A DNA stretch of 64,000 bases, taken from contig CM120642.1 of assembly GCA_051362555.1 (NCBI GenBank), positions 3,534,001 to 3,598,000 on the forward strand, in the 5' to 3' direction. Shown in pieces: positions 27,101-39,903 of the stretch (the stretch's first letter is position 1; each line of letters opens with the position of its first letter). This stretch comes from Lingula anatina. Lineage: Eukaryota; Animalia; Brachiopoda. The translations under genes were made by a program, and so were the position numbers. The notes beneath the pieces were generated by a model. It saw nothing but the letters and a program-made list of their open reading frames with translations. It was not told the DNA's origin and searched no databases.

Positions 27101-29768
27101 GATCGAGAGAGAGAGAGAGAGACAGAGAAGTTTAATTGAGTGGGATTGAGTGGGGGGCAAAGAAACTGAACATAATTTTTTGTTCAAAACAGGACACAAG
27201 TACGAAGAAGGTACATCTTCCTGGGTTACAGAGAGTATAAAAAAAGAGTTTGATGATAATGGCTTCATTATCGTGCGGTACGTAGGTCTACTCGTGCGTG
27301 CATATTGAAAGGTTCTGTTTCTTTTAAACTAAATGTGCTGCCACCATCAAAACGGGGTTCTTTCTAATATTTCTACTCAACACAATAAACTACGTACAGG
27401 GCTCTGCCCTCTGGGTGACAGCCCAACACGTACAGTAACAGGTAACTGCTCGCTCGACCTTCACCTTCCACATCTAACTCTATAACTCCCAACTCTATAC
27501 TGCCAAATCGGCGCAGAGCGCCTGTCTGTATACTCCCAGAGGCTTCCCCAAGGCACGTTCAGATTGCAAGAGGAAGAAACCCGTGGACAGAGGGGTTGCG
27601 GTGCAAACTAAGCACGTGGTCAGGACAGGGTCGAGTGACTGCTTTCAACTGTTACTAAAATTAAACAGGGCTCGTGGTCAAAGGTGAACTGAGCTGTTAG
27701 CAAAGTGAACATGTAGGAACGCTTCAATGTTACAATGAAAAAACATAATACAGTGGCACTCCTGTTAGATAATGGTACCTGTCGACTTTTACATTTTAAC
27801 GAATTCGAGTTTATCTTTTGCTCTATAAGGCCTATTTGAAGAATTTTACATACTATTTTGCGTCACAGGTTATATCTGACCTTTAAAAAGATTCACCCGT
27901 CCTCTATTCAAGAACTAACTCGTATTGTGAAAGCTTTGGAAAAATGTCCAAATTTGAGCGTGAATTCGTGTTATTGATTATTTGTTCTGGAAACTTTAAA
28001 AACAATAATCATTACAGCACCCATTACGTAATAACGAAACTTTTTTTTTTGTGAAAATCTTTGTAGAAATTTTCTCAGTTCGGAAGAATTAAAGCGCGTG
28101 AAGGATGCCCTGGAGACTGACGGTAGTATATTGCAACACCGTACTGGTCGTGACGATGGGCACGGGAGGAAGGTAAATATGACGTTATGGAATCACCCCG
28201 GGGATGACGTAGCAGGAATGGTGGCCAGGTGCGAGAAAGTCGTCAACGCCATGGAAACGGTAACTTGAATTGAATTTTCTTTAAGCTCTCGTTAACTAAA
28301 ATGCAGGTCCTCTCTCTCTCTCTTTCAATCCTGCTTACTACTTGATAACTCATTTCAAAATTAAGATGGTACATACGCTGTACTTGCAAGACATTGCCCC
28401 CCACTATTAACATTCTAAATAAGTAGAAGATAATTTTTCTCCGTCCATAGTCTTAGGATCGTAAAATAATTACACTCACTCAATCATCTTAATGTTTAAT
28501 TCTTTTTTTTTTTGCTTCAGTTTCTGGATGGTGAAGTGTACCATTATCACACCAAGCTGATTCAGAAAGAAGCTCACACTGGTGGATCGTTTGTCTGGCA
28601 TCAGGATTATGGGTGAGTTATTTTGAATATGAAGCTTCAAGATAAGAATAATTTCATTGCTATTAATTATTTTAGCCGAATAATTTTTATCCAACCTTCC
28701 CATTACCTTATCTCATTATATTTTTTTTATCATTTATCGAAGTCACTTGCTTTGCCCAAACTAAAAAGTACCAGAGCATAGTTGGATAAAAACCAAAGTG
28801 CTCGGAGAGAAGAATCGAAATGACGATCTTTTCCTAAGTATTTCATTATTTGAAATTACAACTTTCTTATTGATCCAATCTACATTATGTCTGGATCAAG
28901 AAGTGTCTCTCAGCAGGATATTCTCTCTACCGTAGTTATTGGTACCATAATGGCTGCCTGTTCCCAGACATGGCAACGGTCTTCATAGCAATAGATCGTG
29001 CTGACAGGAATAACGGATGCCTTCAGGTAAGACCACTTACCATTCTTTATCTCGTTCTTAAAATGCAATCGTCTCCTATTTAACAAAAAGGTGCTTTTGT
29101 CGGATTTAAATTGTCTAAAATACCTCACTTGTGCTGATTTATTTTGCCTTTTTAGATTCTGCCTGGATCGCATAAGCTGGGCCGCATTGATCACGTGCCA
29201 ATCGGAAACCAAACCGGTGCCGATCTTGAACGTGTGAAACAAGTTTCCAAGGTTTTGCCCTTGACCTATGTAGAATTGAACCCAGGAGACGCAGCGTTCT
29301 TTCACTGTAACCTTCTTCACACCAGTGACCAGAACAACAGTGACAGACGCCGCTGGGGACTTATTTGTTGCTACAACAGCGCAAGAAACAACCCCGTGAT
29401 AGCGCACCATCATCCGCAATATACGCCACTGAAGAAGGTATGTGTACATCCAAATTCCTTTTTCCTTACGTTTATGGCATGCACGTGAAAGCCAAACGAA
29501 CGCCCCGCTTTGAGAGAATGAGAAAGTTGAGAAAACATATCTGCACTGGGTTCTTTTGAATACTGGACTTAATTGACCCCATATTATTAATTTATCCACG
29601 GCAACTTCAAGGAAACAAATATTCAAACACTTTACACCATCTTTGTAGGTTCCAAACAAGGCAATCCTAGAGTGCCCCTTGATGGCTGACAAGTCAGAGG
29701 AAAGGAAATGGTTTTTTAAAGACACCGATTCAACTCCCGATGGATTAGCTGTTAAGGCAACCAGATGA
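26742..29768 (+). CDS. PhyH-family 2-oxoglutarate/Fe(II) dioxygenase (proline-4-hydroxylase/ectoine-hydroxylase-like), paralog 1, 293 aa
   Basis: Exons 26742-26760, 27193-27277, 28067-28259, 28521-28612, 28936-29026, 29156-29437, 29649-29768 total 882 nt with an open frame. Motifs: [32 protein letters not shown] (HxD), [28 protein letters not shown] (distal His), NNSDRRR (2OG-binding Arg). Confidence 0.92.
27050..27128. repeat. (GA)n microsatellite
   Basis: Interrupted GA run in intron 1 of paralog 1; much shorter in paralog 2. Confidence 0.9.
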
Positions 29769-30879
29769 GTAAAAACGTGCAGATTGACACTGATGGAGTT
29801 TGATGACAACCAAATCAGTCAGTTGTCCCTCCATCAGGCCAGGCACTCTCACAATCACACACCCAACCTCACCTTAGTAGACACAACTGCCCAGAAGGAA
29901 AGTACACTCCTCTCAAGCTACAAACAACATGGATAAATATCCTGAGACAGAGATCAGGTTATACAGACACGAAACACGTAGACAGCATGTGTATTCAAAG
30001 TGATTCTATTCCAAACTTTCCATGTGGATAAAACGTACTTTAAAATTAATAAACAAAGAGTAAATTTGAACTGGGTAAAAATGCAATTTTGATCAACATT
30101 CAATATGTAAGGTTAGTGTTCTTGGGTGATATCCGGAAGTTCTCTAATACAGTGATGCAGCCTTTGTCAGATGCTAAGGAACATCATGGACTTTGGTTCC
30201 TAGCGGACTGCCATTCCTGTCACCCGGTACGAACAGACACATACTAAAACACGTAGAAAGATCGAAGCTAAACAGGGTTTTGGTGCCGAATCTGATTTTC
30301 TAAAATTTGAAGTTTGATGCGTTTTTCATTTACCCAAAATATGCAGCATATGTATTCAAAGTGATTCTATTCCAAACTGCATGTGGACAAAATGTAATTT
30401 AAAATTAATTAAAAAGGAGAAATTCTGAACTGGACAAAAATGCCATTTGATCAACATTCAATATGTAATTTCAGTGTTCTTGGGAAATAGCCGGAAGTTC
30501 TCTAATAAAGTACAGCCTATGTCAGATGCTGAGCAACACCAACGTGTTAACATGGCGGTCTTTATTTCAAACAGCCACCTGCGTATCTTGAAACAACAAC
30601 AGATAGCTCATTTTTCTGAGAACAAAAAATAACAGACACTTTTCTGTTTGTGGCGTGATACAGAATTTAGGCCAAGGTGGTGTAGGTTTTTAAAAGTAAA
30701 ATGATCCGTCACGTGATCCGGTGCCCGTATCTTGACAGCAGTATTAAGGAGACGATAATCCACATAAATAGGTTATCGACGATATATAGCGTCTGTCTAC
30801 ATTATCAGCCTATATGTCAGTATTTTCTACTTGATCGGGCACCTGTCGAGTTGTAGACTAACAGCAACGTAAGAAGAGG

Positions 30880-33800
30880 ATGGCGGACACGCCGGAAGGT
30901 AACGCTAAGAAGTGGCCTATTCATTCTTAACACTCAATGAATTTCATGTTGACAAGGTTTTTTGATAATATGAGAATTTATGAGACAGTGTTTTGAATTT
31001 TTCTTACATTTTGTAAACACATCGTACGCTGCCATTAGGCAACTGCAGAGAAAAGAGAGAGCGAGAAAGACCTGGGTGGAAGGGGCAAATAATCTAAACC
31101 TAACTGTTTTGTTCTAAACAGGACACAAGTACGAAGAAGGTACATCTTCCTGGGTTACAGAGAGTATAAAAAAGGAGTTTGATGATAATGGCTTCATTAT
31201 CGTGCGGTACGTTGCTCTACTAGTACTTGTGCATGCGTACAATGTATGCACGAGTGATTATAGGTCCCTATATTAGCCCATTATAGGTCCCTATGCTGAT
31301 TATAGGTCCATATTATTAAAATCTAGGTACTTTTTTGTGGCACAGGTTATATCTGACATTTACAAACATCAGGCATGCTCTTTTCAAGATGTAACAGAAA
31401 TCAAGAAATCTTTAAAAATTAACAAAACTGTACTTTGAACATTAATAATTTTGTCGTTTATATAACAAACCTTAAAGATAATTGACATAACAACTGCCAT
31501 GACAAAGTTAGGAAACACCTGTTGATTTTGAAAATCTCTTTAGAAATCTTCTGAGTTCAGAAGAATTAAAGCGCGTGAAGGATGCTCTGGAGACTGACGG
31601 TCGCATATTGCAGTACCGCCTTGGTCGTGATGATGGGAAGGGACGGAGGGTAAATATGACGTTATGGAATCACCCCGGGGAGGACATAACAGGAATGGTG
31701 GCCAGGTCTGAAAAAGTCGTCAACGCCATGGAAACGGTAACTTGAATTGAAATTTATTGGGCTCTTGTTTCAACTAGTTAAAGTTTAAGTTAAACTGAAA
31801 TGCAAGCCTCTCTCTCTTTCCCCGTCTCTCTATCTCAAATATCCTGCTCACTATATGATTACTCATATCAAAATTAGAATGTCCATATGGTAGTACTTGC
31901 AATATAAACAGACTAAATAAGAAAAACAAAAAATTCCTTTGTCTATAGTCTTAGGATCGTAAGGTAGTTACAATGCTTCAATCCTTTTAATGATCAAAAA
32001 TCCGTTTTACTTCAGTTTTTGGATGGTGAAGTGTACCATTATCACACCAAGCTGATTCAGAAGGACGCTCACACTGGTGGATCGTTTGTCTGGCATCAGG
32101 ATTATGGGTTGGGTATTTTAAATATGCATCCCCAGAAATGCACTGCATGACGTCACGTCTAGCCCACTGCGCATGCGTGCATTTTTAATGAGTTGCTAGA
32201 TTGCCATAGGAAAATGAATGGGTTCGCGATTCGTGGGTAATTCGTGAGAATTGACAAACTAACGGCCTGATGCCGATAGACAGCAACGCTGTGCTATGCT
32301 TCAAGCAACTCCTGACCAAATATCGCTAGGGTTTTTAAAAAAATTCTGTTGTACACACGTACTAAGAAGTTTGCCGTATATATATTGCCTAGACTACCCT
32401 CAGCAAAACGCAAATATTTTCAGTTATAGTGATTTTAGACGGTAGATTCACTCCGAAACAAAGGGAAATCAATTCGTTGCCGATAGCACCAGCTGATAGC
32501 AGTAACATACAGAGTCTGATTAAAAAATTTCATGGCAATTGAAGATTTTTTACCACTGTACAATGGAGTCCAAAAAGAGCACTTGGCACAAATGTAAAAC
32601 TGCCCAGTGCAAGGCCAAGAATTCAATCAGTATTTTCAATCATATTGTCAGATTCTACATAAATTGACTGACCATATCACTACTCAGTATTTAACTAATC
32701 TCTTAATCCAAAATTCCTATCATCATTTAATAATTATGCAAAATTCTTCTTTCAGATTGCTATTTATTTAAATTTTTAATGCTGCAACTGTTCCAAAATA
32801 ATCTTGTAGTAAAGGAAAAATGCAAATAAGAAGTGGAAGACCAATTTTACCCACAGTACTCAATTATTTGAATATAAAAAGAATAAGATCACGATTTAAC
32901 AAATCAAAATAATCTTTCATGAACTCTTTCATGAAAAACATATTTAACAAAAATGAAAGTTATAAATCAGTGGTAATGGCTTATTCTGGAATAAATGACC
33001 TCTGTACATCATCAGTACCTGACTTGGTACAGTATAGTAACTACTTGGATACAGAGTTAGATTTAATAATGTAACAATAAGAGCAATATATATTATAATA
33101 ATAAACTTCTTTGCACATATCAGACGCTTGTTACCATGAACTAACACTACTTGACAGTGGGCTGAGCACTTATCACAGAGTCTGTGTGCGATGCCATTCT
33201 TGTGCTGTGATTGGTTAGTTGAGTCAAGTGAAGCCCTACTGTTGCGCCCTCGCGTATCGCGTAAATGCTGCACATTTCTGGCCATGGACGTTCCAAGATG
33301 AAAAATAATTTCAATTTTATTAGTTCATTTTAGCTCCAGAACTTCTATCCAACCTTCCCATTACCTAATTGTAAGTTTTCTTCGTTTATACATGTCGCTA
33401 AAGGGGTACTAGAGCGCGCATGCAATTGCCTTTAAACCAAAATGCCCTAAGAAAAGAAAACGACGAACTTTTCGCATGTACTTTTTTGTTTATAATTATA
33501 ACTTTTGTCACAAAATGCCTTGTTCAGTTCTTATTGATCCAATCTACATTATGTCTGGATCAAGAAATGTCTCTCAGCAGGATATTCTCTCTACCGTAGT
33601 TATTGGTACCATAATGGCTGCCTGTTCCCAGACATGGCAACGGTCTTCATAGCAATAGATCGTGCTGACAGGAATAACGGATGCCTTCAGGTAAGACCAC
33701 TTACCATCCTCGAACACGTACTTACAAATGGTGGGCTTAATACAGTTTTTTTTGTCCTATTTTAGAAAAAAAAACGTTTTGGTCGGATTTAAAATGTTCC

Positions 33801-34736
33801 CAAAACTTACTTGCGCTGTTGCATTTCAGATTCTGCCTGGATCGCACAAACTGGGCCGCATTGATCACGTGCCAATCGGAAACCAAACCGGTGCCGATCT
33901 TGAACGTGTGAAACAAGCCTCCAAGGTTTTGCCCTTGACCTACGTAGAATTAAACCCAGGAGACGCAGCGTTCTTTCACTGTAACCTTCTTCACACCAGT
34001 GACCAGAACAACAGTGATAGACGCCGCTGGGGACTTGTTTGTTGCTACAACAGCGCAAGAAACAACCCCGTGATAGCGCACCATCACCCGCAATATACGC
34101 CACTGAAGAAGGTCTGTGTACATCCACATTCCTTTTACCTTTAGTTTATGATATGCATGTAAAGTCAAATACACACCCATTGCACGTGTAACATGAGCGA
34201 TGCGCTTTGTGCAACCATACATTTACCAAACACATCAGGCCCGTAGCCAGGGGTTCAGGGGGTTCGAAAGAACCGCCCTTTTTGCTAGGAAAAGGTCCAC
34301 TCTGGGTAAAATTTGATCTAGGTACATGGAGTTTTTATGGAAAAGGTCCACTGTTTCAGAAAAAGAACCCCCCTTTTGAAATTGCTGGCTACGGGCCTGC
34401 ACATTAACCACACTTTGTACAACCATACATTTATCCAAGCACGTCATATAAGAAAATTAGAGAAAGCATACATGTATCTGCAATTTGAAAGCTGGATTTA
34501 ATCCGTATCTGCACTGGGTTCTTTTGAATACTGGACTTAATTGACATATTATTAATTTCTCCACGGTCAATTCAAGTTAACATTTTTTACAAACACACTT
34601 TACATCATCTTTGCAGGTTCCAAACAAGGCAATTCTTGAATGCCCCTTGATGGACGACAAATCAGAGGAAACGAAATGGTTTTATAAAGAAACCGATTCA
34701 TCTCCCCAAGGATTGGCCGTGAAGGCAAGCAGATGA
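30880..34736 (+). CDS. PhyH-family 2OG/Fe(II) dioxygenase, paralog 2, 293 aa
   Basis: Exons 30880-30898, 31122-31206, 31544-31736, 32016-32107, 33600-33690, 33830-34111, 34617-34736. Exon sizes are identical to paralog 1 and the catalytic HQD...H...R residues are intact. Confidence 0.92.
32127..33286. mobile_element. ~1.16-kb non-autonomous TIR insertion in intron 4 of paralog 2
   Basis: Absent from the homologous intron of paralog 1 (aatatg...ttcaagat is contiguous at ~28626-28643). Imperfect TIR CATCCCCAGAAATGCACTGCAT vs (reverse complement) CATGGCCAGAAATGTGCAGCAT. No clear TSD. Confidence 0.65.
34236..34399. mobile_element. hAT-like MITE (family B, copy 2)
   Basis: CAGGCCCGTAGCCAG...CTGGCTACGGGCCTG flanked by a perfect 5-bp direct repeat CACAT. 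Confidence 0.88.
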
Positions 34737-36068
34737 GTTAAAGCATTCTGATGGACACCTTTGCAGTTTAATGACAGTCAAATCAATCCATGGTACCACC
34801 ATACATCATCACAATTACACACCCAACCTCAATTACCTTGGTAGACACAATTAACTGCCAAGCAAGAAAGATAGCTCACTCCTCTCAAGATACACAGAGC
34901 ATGGATAAACGTATCCTACCTCCCCCTTCTTTGTATAAAGGAGTAGGGCTGATTAACCTGCTCACAGAATTTTTTGCAGTTTCGGACCTCCTTTTAATTG
35001 CAAATGCCACTTTGCTTGCCAACTCATAATATAAAACAGATTGTGCTTATCTCTTCAAAAATACTAATAAAACATGAGTAACGCTACCCCGGTGTCTATG
35101 TTGATTGCTTTCGGGAAAAGATATATAAGATACTTTACAAAAAGAAACCTTAAGATACTAGGACAAGATTGACGAAAATTAAACGTAGTCTGTGTATTTG
35201 CATATACGATATGCCCTTGCTTTAAGATTTAACTGAAGATCTGCATGGCGGCCAGATGTATTGACTGTTCTATTTTCTTATCAAATTGGTCGCAAGGATT
35301 CTTTATCTCCGTCAGGAGAAAGTATGCTAGGTATAGGTTTGGCTCTGACTATGTTATTTCCAGGATTATGTCCTGCTGTAGTTGTTGAAGTAAAAAGTGT
35401 AGGCCCTATAAGTGTAGGCCCTAACGTTTTGATATGGCGGTATGTGCTAAGAACAGCGACCATGAACATGTTTTGCTCCATGTGGCAATGGCGAGGTTCC
35501 TTAAAACAGCCGATACGTTATCAAGGCCAGGACCCAGGGTCTTAACCCCTATACATGACAACCCAAATAAATTTTCAGCTGCAATTTCTACGTGCATGGC
35601 AGCTTTTTTTATACCGCAAAGAAAATACACCTGTGGTTGGGGACGGCTGGCTAGTGGTGACTTAATTAAGGCCCTGCCACGCTATATAGTGTATAGCACT
35701 CACGTGTGAGGAAGATTACTCATCGGTCGACTTTGCATCCACGGACCCACCTTCAAATCAGCCTAGTTCCGCCCCTGGGATGCAGTAGGATCTGATCGAT
35801 AGCAGACCTTTACGCCGTTATAGACCCGTTCCCCTGTACCGTGAGGTAGACTCTTTTGGCCGTGTTCAGATTAAAATTTATTAGTCCAGCAAGATCTACC
35901 TATCTCTGCAGCACAGTCAATGTAATCAGTTTAATATAATCAGGTTAAATGTTTGGCACACCCACTCGTAACTTGAGGCACTTAAGTAAAGTCGGGAAAA
36001 CACATCACATAAAATAATAATAAACCAAGCCATGATTTAAAGCAAGTGATTTATTACATATATTTTAG

Positions 36069-36070
<2 letters not shown>

Positions 36071-36126
<56 letters not shown>
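36071..36126. repeat. (TA)n microsatellite
   Basis: Perfect TA run next to a minus-strand AATAAA (tttatt at ~36050), the probable ASB polyA signal. Confidence 0.95.
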
Positions 36127-36128
<2 letters not shown>

Positions 36129-37442
36129 AAAACATAAGCATATGACAACAAGCAACACTCCAAAAGGATGTTAAAAGAAAAATGTGTTATAAAAAAGTGA
36201 GATTTAATAATCATTTAAGTAAAATTTTGAGATATTAAAAAACATTGCAACAAATACACTGCCGAAATGGCAATGGGGCAGTGATCTTGGTACTGATTAT
36301 GTTTCCTTTGTTAATAAAATATGGCACAAAGTCAAATAACGGAATACTAATCAAAATGTTTTAAAAATCATATAATTCAATCTCAATCTGGAAGTTCGCT
36401 AGCACCACTTCCATATGCGAATACAACATCAAAAGCAAGTACAGACAATGAACCTGAAACATAAATGGAACACTTATGAATCACTTTTTTGGCTCTGATT
36501 AAAGACACTTATAAAACCAGCACCTTGTGTGTTCTACCTTCAAAAACAAATAAAAACACTTATAAAAAAACAATGCCATGAATTGCAAGGTGCCATGAAT
36601 ACTGGATGGAGAGGTGGCTGTAATGACTGGTAGTTCAGATGACAAAGGGTAATAATGGAACCACAGTTGACAGCCTTTGGAATACTTTTGCATCCCTGCA
36701 CCATAAAGGAATCCTGCCTGTACATTTTACTTAATTTTTTTTAATTAGCACCTAGAGTCTTATTTTCTGCTCTCACTTTGCACTTGTTAAAACCACTTCA
36801 TATGTAACAAGGTGTCATGAATACTGGTAATTAAGGGTGGGAAGATGGCCACTAGGCAAGTGTAGGACTGGTGGACCATAGTACAGACATGTTAAATTTC
36901 TCGTCATCAGTCTTCCTTGTGTTCTCAGCACTGTCATCAGTAAGCCTGACGGAAGCTGTTGAAAGCATCAGAAGGCACCAATGGCCAATCAGTGCTTTAT
37001 TTTAACAGAGGACTTCATGTCCCTAAATTAACACCAAGTAAAATATATGAAACCTTAAGCATTTATCATTGTTCACCCTTTTAAATCAAGAGGTTACATA
37101 CACAAAGCAGGAGAGTACAACTAGGTTTAGGACTCGAGGGTTTCTTGTCTAAATCTCTGTATTTGAATGAACCACAAAGACTGTGCTTAGGCCATAGAGT
37201 ATTGAAACCTTGGTAAATGATTTTCACGCCTAATATTTTATCAAATGGAAAATTGCACTGACCTCAAGAATAAGCCTAATAACTGTGGTTTTTATGTCGA
37301 AAACTGATATTTCCTTCCTCCTTAAAAAGCAACAACAAATAAATTACAAAAAGATAAATTCCATTTACAGACAATGATTGTGTTTACATAGAGCTGAAGC
37401 TCGCTAACCAACTCATCAAGTTAACCTGACCTAACTGAAACT

Positions 37443-39732
37443 CTACTGCTGTGAACCATCACTGGTCAAATCAATACTATCAAGGTCAGCTAGTGTGACA
37501 TACTCGATGATTCTCTTTGGCAAAGGAAGCTTTTGGGCAAGCTCCTTCACTTGATATCCCAGCACCTCCCTGATTCTTGCCCTGCATAAATTCTTCAATG
37601 AGCTATGCGTGAAAGCAGCATCCAGTAACCAATGCAGAAGGTTACTGTTGTATTTCAGAGAGTCAGGAAGACAGGAGGTTTCCAGCCAGTACTGCAAAAT
37701 ACTGAGATCACAGCCAGCTAGAGCCAGCATTTTCATCACAGCCGAATGGCTCCTCAGCACTGCCATTTCAAATGGGGAACAAGTGGGGGATCGGAAAGGA
37801 AAGTCCTGTCTCATGACTTCTTCAATAGGAGGTCGGACTTTGGCATCAATATTGCAGTTTGCCTGAATAAGGGCTCGGAGGGAGTGATATTTCTGTTCCT
37901 GCATCGCCACTGCCAAAGGCGTGTCAGTCAAGGCTGGTTCTTGCTGCAAATCTGGGCTGAGGCCAAGCCGGATTACGAGCTCGATGCAAGCCGTTCTGTT
38001 GGATCGAACAGCGTAGTGAAGGACAGAATCCCCACTTTTATCAAACACCACTAAATCCACACTGGCTTTGATAAGCAGTTCCATGATTTCAATATGGCCG
38101 CCCCTTGCAGCGAGCATGAGTGGGGTGCAGCCTCCATTGATGGGTCCTGAAGAAAAGGTCTGCCAGGATTCAAAAGTATCTGTTGTGGTCACGCTGGGGT
38201 TGGCGCCTTCTTCCAGAAGTAGTTCCACCACCTCCAGAAAGCCACCTTCACAAGCCCAGTGTATCGCTGTCATGTTGCAGCTCCCTGTCCCATCCACATC
38301 AGCACCAGCCTTAAGAGATAATGAATATATATATATTCAGTATGGTTTTTTTTATCACTGATTTACTGTTTATATCCATATTCACTCAACTCAGTGGTCA
38401 AACTTGAAATAATATGTAGGCAGTGATATCCAGTGCATTATACACTCCCTGCTTGGCTTTAAAACTACATCTAAGAAATCACCTTTTATTTTTCTTTCAT
38501 AAAGGGTTGAGGTTAAACCTTTCACTGACTTAAAAATATGTAAGCTGAACTGGAAATTATGGGGCAAAGGAAAGATCTGCAAACACGCACATTAAGGTAA
38601 TACTTTTGAAGTGAATAAAGAAAGCATTTGATTTGCAGAACAATAATGATATGAAAATAATACTGCAAACCTTGTCATCATACATGTGTGTTATACTTTT
38701 TATAAACCAGATAACCCAAAAGCACTTGACAGCAGAAACACCCCCCCCCCCCCCACAAATACACCTAAAAGTACACACTCGCACACAAACACACCTACAT
38801 GCACGTGCACGCACACATACACACACACACACGGGTACACACACATGCATGCACACACACCCACACACACCTTGATGAGCACCTCCACTGTCTCCAGCCT
38901 GTTCTTCCTGGCAGCAATAATGAGGGCAGAGTCCCCGGAGACGGTGGTGGCATTGGGGTTGATTCCTGCTGATAACAACATCTGTACACAGTCTGTCCAT
39001 CCCTCCACAGCAGCATGGTGCAGAGCATTGTAACCTGTGCTCCTCTCTACTATATCTACCTTACAGTTGGCCTGAAATAATAGTGAAATAGGTGTTTTCA
39101 ACAGCAATCACTACAGAAAAATGACATCTGATATTTCAACTATTACAGACTTGATGATAATACAACTAGGCCATGTGCACTCAGAAGGTTTATTTATTTG
39201 TCTTACCTTTTAGCCATAAAATAGTTACAAAACTTTCAGAAATACAGGACTGATGAATTTACTAATTCTGAAAGAAGTCCTTTTATAAAAACTTAAAGCA
39301 AATTTATTTTGAATATCAAATATAACTTTTGCCAAGTCTGAAATGGGTTTTTGTCATAAAATATGCAATTCTGGAAAAAAAATGGCATGCAATTATTATT
39401 GTTTATCAACGCCAGTTCCTTAATATACAACTCACATTCAGCAGTGTCTTGAGAATCTCAGGACGTCCGTTCCTCGCAGCCAACATCACAGCTGTGCGTC
39501 CGTGCATAGTCTGGGCGTCCCGGTCTATCTGGGTGGTCAACAAGAAGTCCACGCACTCCTGGTGCCCATTAGCCACCGCCCAGTGGAGCGCGCTCCCTCT
39601 CACTGGGTGCGTGGTTCGCATCACGTTACACCCCCGCGCATGGAGAATGTGCATGATGGCCAGGTGACCGTTCTGGGCAGCCAGGATGAAGGGAGTGTAA
39701 CCCAGGGCCTTGGTGTCTGGTGAGGTGCCTGG

Positions 39733-39770
<38 letters not shown>

Positions 39771-39864
39771 AATTAAAACTCTTTTTATTATTATATATAA
39801 TAGTTAAAGAAGGAGTCACTTCGGCTAAAAACAGGGATATAGATATTGCTAAAAAGTGTCATGA

Positions 39865-39903
<39 letters not shown>

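Noticed and set aside
28910-29809. 299-aa minus-strand ORF
   Set aside because: It is the antisense shadow of PhyH exons 5-7 and their introns, has no motifs, and is not preserved at that length in paralog 2.
35240-35780. Overlapping short ORFs and a possible hAT-like end (ttccgcccctg)
   Set aside because: No matching left TIR or TSD and no protein motif could be established.
38557-39033. Cys/Val- and His/Thr-rich ORFs
   Set aside because: Artefacts of a (CA)n-type microsatellite in the ASB intron.
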